Assembly: GCA_964230645.1 (NCBI GenBank)
Contig: CAXRHT010000002.1
Location: 384,001 to 448,000 of the forward strand
Length of the DNA: 64,000 nt
Origin: Bdellovibrionales bacterium
GTDB lineage: Bacteria > Bdellovibrionota > Bdellovibrionia > Bdellovibrionales > JAGQZY01
Reading direction: 5' to 3'
The notes under the pieces are model-generated. The model made no database searches and was not told the DNA's origin. It saw only the letters and a list, made by a program, of their open reading frames with translations. The translations under genes and the position numbers were made by a program. This document shows, piece after piece, positions 60,513-64,000 of the stretch. Position 1 is the first letter of the stretch; each line of letters opens with the position of its first letter.

Positions 60513-60705
60513 ACTCTATCCCTTTTAGCGTTAAACACAGACTTATTATGCCATAGCTTTGAATGAATGAGGGCATGTGTAAAAAACTAATAAAAACACA
60601 GCCTCAGAGGCAATCTACACCCTTTATCTCTGACCCAGAGTTGAAAATTTGCAGGTTTTGTAATATTTCTTGTGCTTAAACCTCAGAAATTAAGGATGTT
60701 TATCC

Positions 60706-62301
60706 ATGATCAGCACCTCGGATTTGGGCTTGAAATTTGGAAGCCGTACGCTGTTTGAAGACGTTAATGTTAAATTCACTCCTGGAAACTGTTACGGCCT
60801 TATTGGCGCCAATGGAGCAGGAAAATCGACTTTTTTAAAGATTCTTTCAGGGGACGTCGACTCCACATCGGGTACAGTACAAAGGGACAAAAATCTTCGC
60901 CTCTCGTTTCTAAAGCAGGATCAAAATGCCTATGACGAATACACTGTTCTTGATACCGTACTTATGGGAAATGAAGATCTCTACGCCATTATGAAAGAGC
61001 GTGAAGCCATTTATGCTAAACCAGACTTCTCTGATGAAGATGGCATTAAGTCCGCAGAACTTGAGTCAGAATTTGCTGACATGAATGGTTATGAAGCTGA
61101 ATCCGATGCCGGCATACTGCTCGCCGGATTAGGAATTCCCGCGGAAGATAACGACAAACTCATGAAGGACCTTGATGGGAGCCAAAAGGTAAAAGTGCTT
61201 CTTGCCCAAGCTCTATTTGGAAACCCCGATATTCTACTTCTTGATGAGCCCACAAACCACTTGGATGTTTTTGCGATCCGTTGGCTTGAAGAGTTTTTAA
61301 TGTCTTTTGAAAGCACTGTCATCGTGGTGAGCCATGATCGACATTTTATGAACCGGGTCTGCACTCATATTGCTGATATTGACTATGCCAAAATCCAGAC
61401 CTATGCCGGTAATTATGAATTTTGGCAGCGCTCTTGTGAGCTCAGTCGAAGAATGCAGGCCGAACAGAATAAAAAAAATGAGGCCAAGGCAGAGGAGCTC
61501 AAAAAGTTTATCGCCCGCTTTAGTGCCAATGCGGCTAAGTCAAAACAAGCCACTTCCCGTCAAAAGCAATTGGAAAAGCTTGAGTTGGGAGAACTGCCTC
61601 AGTCTTCAAGACGCTATCCTTTTGTGGGTTTTGATTCGGAAAGAGAGGCCGGTAACGATATTCTTATGGTGGAAAACCTCTCTAAAACAAGTGAAGGTGA
61701 AACTCTATTAAAAAATGTTAACTTTCGTGTGAACAAAGGTGACAAGATTGCTTTCGTGAATAAAAACGACGTCGCAACCACGGCCCTCTTTGATATTTTA
61801 GCGGGTGAAGAAAAGCCTGACTCCGGGGGCTTGAGCTGGGGTATTACAATCACTGCCAGCTATTTCCCAAGTGACAACTCCAAGTACTTTGAAGACTGTG
61901 ATTTAAATCTCATTGATTGGCTTCGTCAGTTTTCAAAGGAAAAAGACGAGTCCTTTATTCGTGGTTTCCTTGGCAAAATGCTCTTTAGCAAAGATGAAGC
62001 CCTAAAAAAAGCGAAGGTACTCTCTGGAGGAGAGCGCGTGCGCTGTATGTTGGCTAAAACGATGCTCTCAGGAGCCAACGTTTTAATTCTTGATCACCCT
62101 ACAGCGCATTTGGATTTGGAGTCTGTAACAGCTCTAAATGATGGTCTCACAAGATTTGAGGGTACTATTTTATTCGCCTCCCAGGACCACGAGTTCGTGC
62201 AAACCATTGCCAATCGAATCATCCATATCGATGGATCCATCGTGTTTGATGACTCAACCACCTACGACGAATTCCTAGAGTCCCAAGCGCCACAAAACTA
62301 A
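60706..62301 (+). CDS. ABC-F family ATPase (YbiT/YkpA-like)
   Basis: GANGAGKST, LLDEPTNHLD, second NBD with degenerate Walker A, LSGGE; no transmembrane segments. Confidence 0.93.
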   Translation: MISTSDLGLKFGSRTLFEDVNVKFTPGNCYGLIGANGAGKSTFLKILSGDVDSTSGTVQRDKNLRLSFLKQDQNAYDEYTVLDTVLMGNEDLYAIMKEREAIYAKPDFSDEDGIKSAELESEFADMNGYEAESDAGILLAGLGIPAEDNDKLMKDLDGSQKVKVLLAQALFGNPDILLLDEPTNHLDVFAIRWLEEFLMSFESTVIVVSHDRHFMNRVCTHIADIDYAKIQTYAGNYEFWQRSCELSRRMQAEQNKKNEAKAEELKKFIARFSANAAKSKQATSRQKQLEKLELGELPQSSRRYPFVGFDSEREAGNDILMVENLSKTSEGETLLKNVNFRVNKGDKIAFVNKNDVATTALFDILAGEEKPDSGGLSWGITITASYFPSDNSKYFEDCDLNLIDWLRQFSKEKDESFIRGFLGKMLFSKDEALKKAKVLSGGERVRCMLAKTMLSGANVLILDHPTAHLDLESVTALNDGLTRFEGTILFASQDHEFVQTIANRIIHIDGSIVFDDSTTYDEFLESQAPQN

Positions 62302-62311
62302 AAGTTGCTCT

Positions 62312-62707
62312 ATGTTTTCCTCAAACTCTAAGGGCCTGCTCTTATCAGAACGGGCCTTATTTTTATTATTTACCTTTATAGGCTGCCTTTTTTGTTATTA
62401 TCTACAAAGCGCTCTTAACATCCCAGCTTATGTCGCCTCAGCCTTGGTTGGATTTCTGGGGAGTTTGCTTCCCTCTTCTTACTTCGTAAACACGAAGCAA
62501 TTGATTGCCTGTATTTATACGGGAAGCTTTTCAGCCATGTGCTCTCAGTCTTTTTTTACTTCTTCAATAGATATTTTAATTTTAGGTATTTTAACTGGGG
62601 TTTTTTATATTACTTTTGCCAATTACTTCAGAGGCTTTGGAGGAAAGTTAGGAACGATCGGCTTTCTCTCCTCTTTGAGTTTCGTTTTTTTAAAGGGCTT
62701 GCTATGA
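62312..62707 (+). CDS. Small membrane protein (half of a paralogous pair)
   Basis: Four hydrophobic segments; IYTGSFSAMCS, GFGGKLG. Confidence 0.75.
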   Translation: MFSSNSKGLLLSERALFLLFTFIGCLFCYYLQSALNIPAYVASALVGFLGSLLPSSYFVNTKQLIACIYTGSFSAMCSQSFFTSSIDILILGILTGVFYITFANYFRGFGGKLGTIGFLSSLSFVFLKGLL

Positions 62708-63102
62708 ATTTTTCCTACTATCTTGTTTCTTCTTTCATGGCCTCAGCCACCTATTTACTTATCAAGTCGACGGATCACACTCCCACCCGAGTGTCGTCTA
62801 CACTTTCTCTCATAGGCTTTGGAGGACTTTACCTGATCCATCAGTTTACACCCATCGACTTTCACTCTTTAGCCTCTCTCATTTTTGGAGCAAGCTTTGT
62901 GGGAATGTGTTCACACAAAAAGATCAATATAGGAGAGATCCTTTTCGGATCCCTCGTCTTTGCAGCCCTTTTTGATTTTCTGGACCCGGTCTCTTACCAG
63001 GTCGGAGGCGCATTGGGATTTAGCGCCTTTGTCTCGATTGTATTGGTGTGGAGTTCTTCTAAAGTTGTCTCTCACCTAAAAACTTTGATCTTATCTCGTT
63101 AG
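62704..63102 (+). CDS. Small membrane protein (second half of the pair)
   Basis: ATGA overlap; IFGASFVGMCS, VGGALG. Confidence 0.75.
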   Translation: MNFSYYLVSSFMASATYLLIKSTDHTPTRVSSTLSLIGFGGLYLIHQFTPIDFHSLASLIFGASFVGMCSHKKINIGEILFGSLVFAALFDFLDPVSYQVGGALGFSAFVSIVLVWSSSKVVSHLKTLILSR

Positions 63103-63105
63103 CTT

Positions 63106-63792
63106 TTAGAAGCGTCGCCCAATTCCAAATTGAAAAGCTCTGACTTCGTATTTCACTTTACTCTCGCCAAGAGTTTCAAAGGGCCGAGTCTCTGTGATTT
63201 GGTAGCGAACTCCCGCACGAATGCCCCAGACCTCTGAGAAATCCACTTCCACGCCCGCTTCGCCATAGTAACCAAAGCCAGTGAGTCCATCTTCTCTTTT
63301 GTGACCACCGTCGTTGTTAGTAAGCTCGTTGGGTCCGGGATTGTACTCGATGGTGTGATATCCAAAAAGTCCACCGGCCTCCCCGTAGGGTCTAAAAAAA
63401 GAAGTGGGAAAAAGCTTAAACTTAAAGCCAAGTCCTAGTTGTAAATGATTAGAGTCAAAATCGATTTCAGGAGCGGCATTTTGATAGTTGGTGCCACCAA
63501 GAGTGGTGTAGTCGTAAAAACTTTGTCCACTGGAATCCATATAGTTCATTGAGATAGTGATGAATAGGCCGGTCTTACCGATTTCCTTCTCTCCTCCGAG
63601 ATACACATAAGTGCCTTGATCCATGCGAAAATTTTGAGTGGGATCAAGTACGGTGAACTCAGCCACTCCAAACCCCAGATACCCGGCCATTCCGCGGAAA
63701 GCTAGGTTTGAGCCACCAAATCTTTGAGCCCAAACATTTTGGGAAAACAAAAGAAGAAACAAAGGAAGTGTTGCCATCTTTAGAAAATGCAT
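63106..63792 (-). CDS. Outer-membrane beta-barrel (OmpA/OmpW-size)
   Basis: Signal peptide; RPYGEAG, GVRYQ, C-terminal F. Confidence 0.85.
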   Translation of the reverse strand: MHFLKMATLPLFLLLFSQNVWAQRFGGSNLAFRGMAGYLGFGVAEFTVLDPTQNFRMDQGTYVYLGGEKEIGKTGLFITISMNYMDSSGQSFYDYTTLGGTNYQNAAPEIDFDSNHLQLGLGFKFKLFPTSFFRPYGEAGGLFGYHTIEYNPGPNELTNNDGGHKREDGLTGFGYYGEAGVEVDFSEVWGIRAGVRYQITETRPFETLGESKVKYEVRAFQFGIGRRF

Positions 63793-63800
63793 ATGAACTC

Positions 63801-64000
63801 CTATTTTTTAGTTTGCCATTGACCTTGGCTGTAATAATAAGTTCCCGGAAGATCGAGTTCTAGATATTTTTGAAACATCTGGTCTAAGAGAACCCTCATC
63901 TCGATCTTATTATAGTTTTCCATTTTTTGGATTTTTTTATAAACCAGCTTTCGGTCGTTGTTTTCAACCTGTACCAACTTCTTCATTCGATTCACCGTTT
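63801..64000 (-). CDS. Hypothetical protein, probably 5'-truncated by the window edge
   Basis: Reading frame open to the window end; stop lies 8 nt before the next ATG. Confidence 0.55.
   Translation of the reverse strand, partial: TVNRMKKLVQVENNDRKLVYKKIQKMENYNKIEMRVLLDQMFQKYLELDLPGTYYYSQGQWQTKK

Overview
AT-rich bacterial chromosome segment, most likely from a predatory Bdellovibrionota. This is inferred from a Bd0055/Leptospira-type histone, many F-[QN]-[NA]-C lipoproteins, DUF1592/DUF1552-type loci and a twitch radical SAM. Recognisable housekeeping genes are sucA-sucB-lpdA, lgt, an RNase Z, a FabMG-type enoyl-ACP reductase, a NifU/Nfu protein, an ABC-F ATPase, a THUMP RNA methyltransferase, an M16 peptidase and two POT peptide transporters. 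Many secreted or lipoprotein hypotheticals lie between them. I found no rRNA, tRNA, CRISPR array, transposase or prophage. Main signals not explained by the gene list: (1) three dispersed 134-158 bp elements (16270, 20049, 40883) share a multi-branched core with compensatory base changes, but each has its own long self-complementary outer arms; (2) a secreted protein (59315) has five IGF/LGF motifs in an acidic tail, resembling multivalent ClpP-docking loops; (3) a bacterial histone carries a Lys-rich N-terminal tail; (4) an operon combines an OM barrel, an adhesin-like lipoprotein and a nuclease, and may be a DNA-harvesting locus; (5) an unannotated 42-aa FQNC micro-lipoprotein lies downstream of a radical SAM gene; (6) two copies of a CGTC-type REP have independently expanded tandem arrays. 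All family calls come from motif recognition only; no searches were run.
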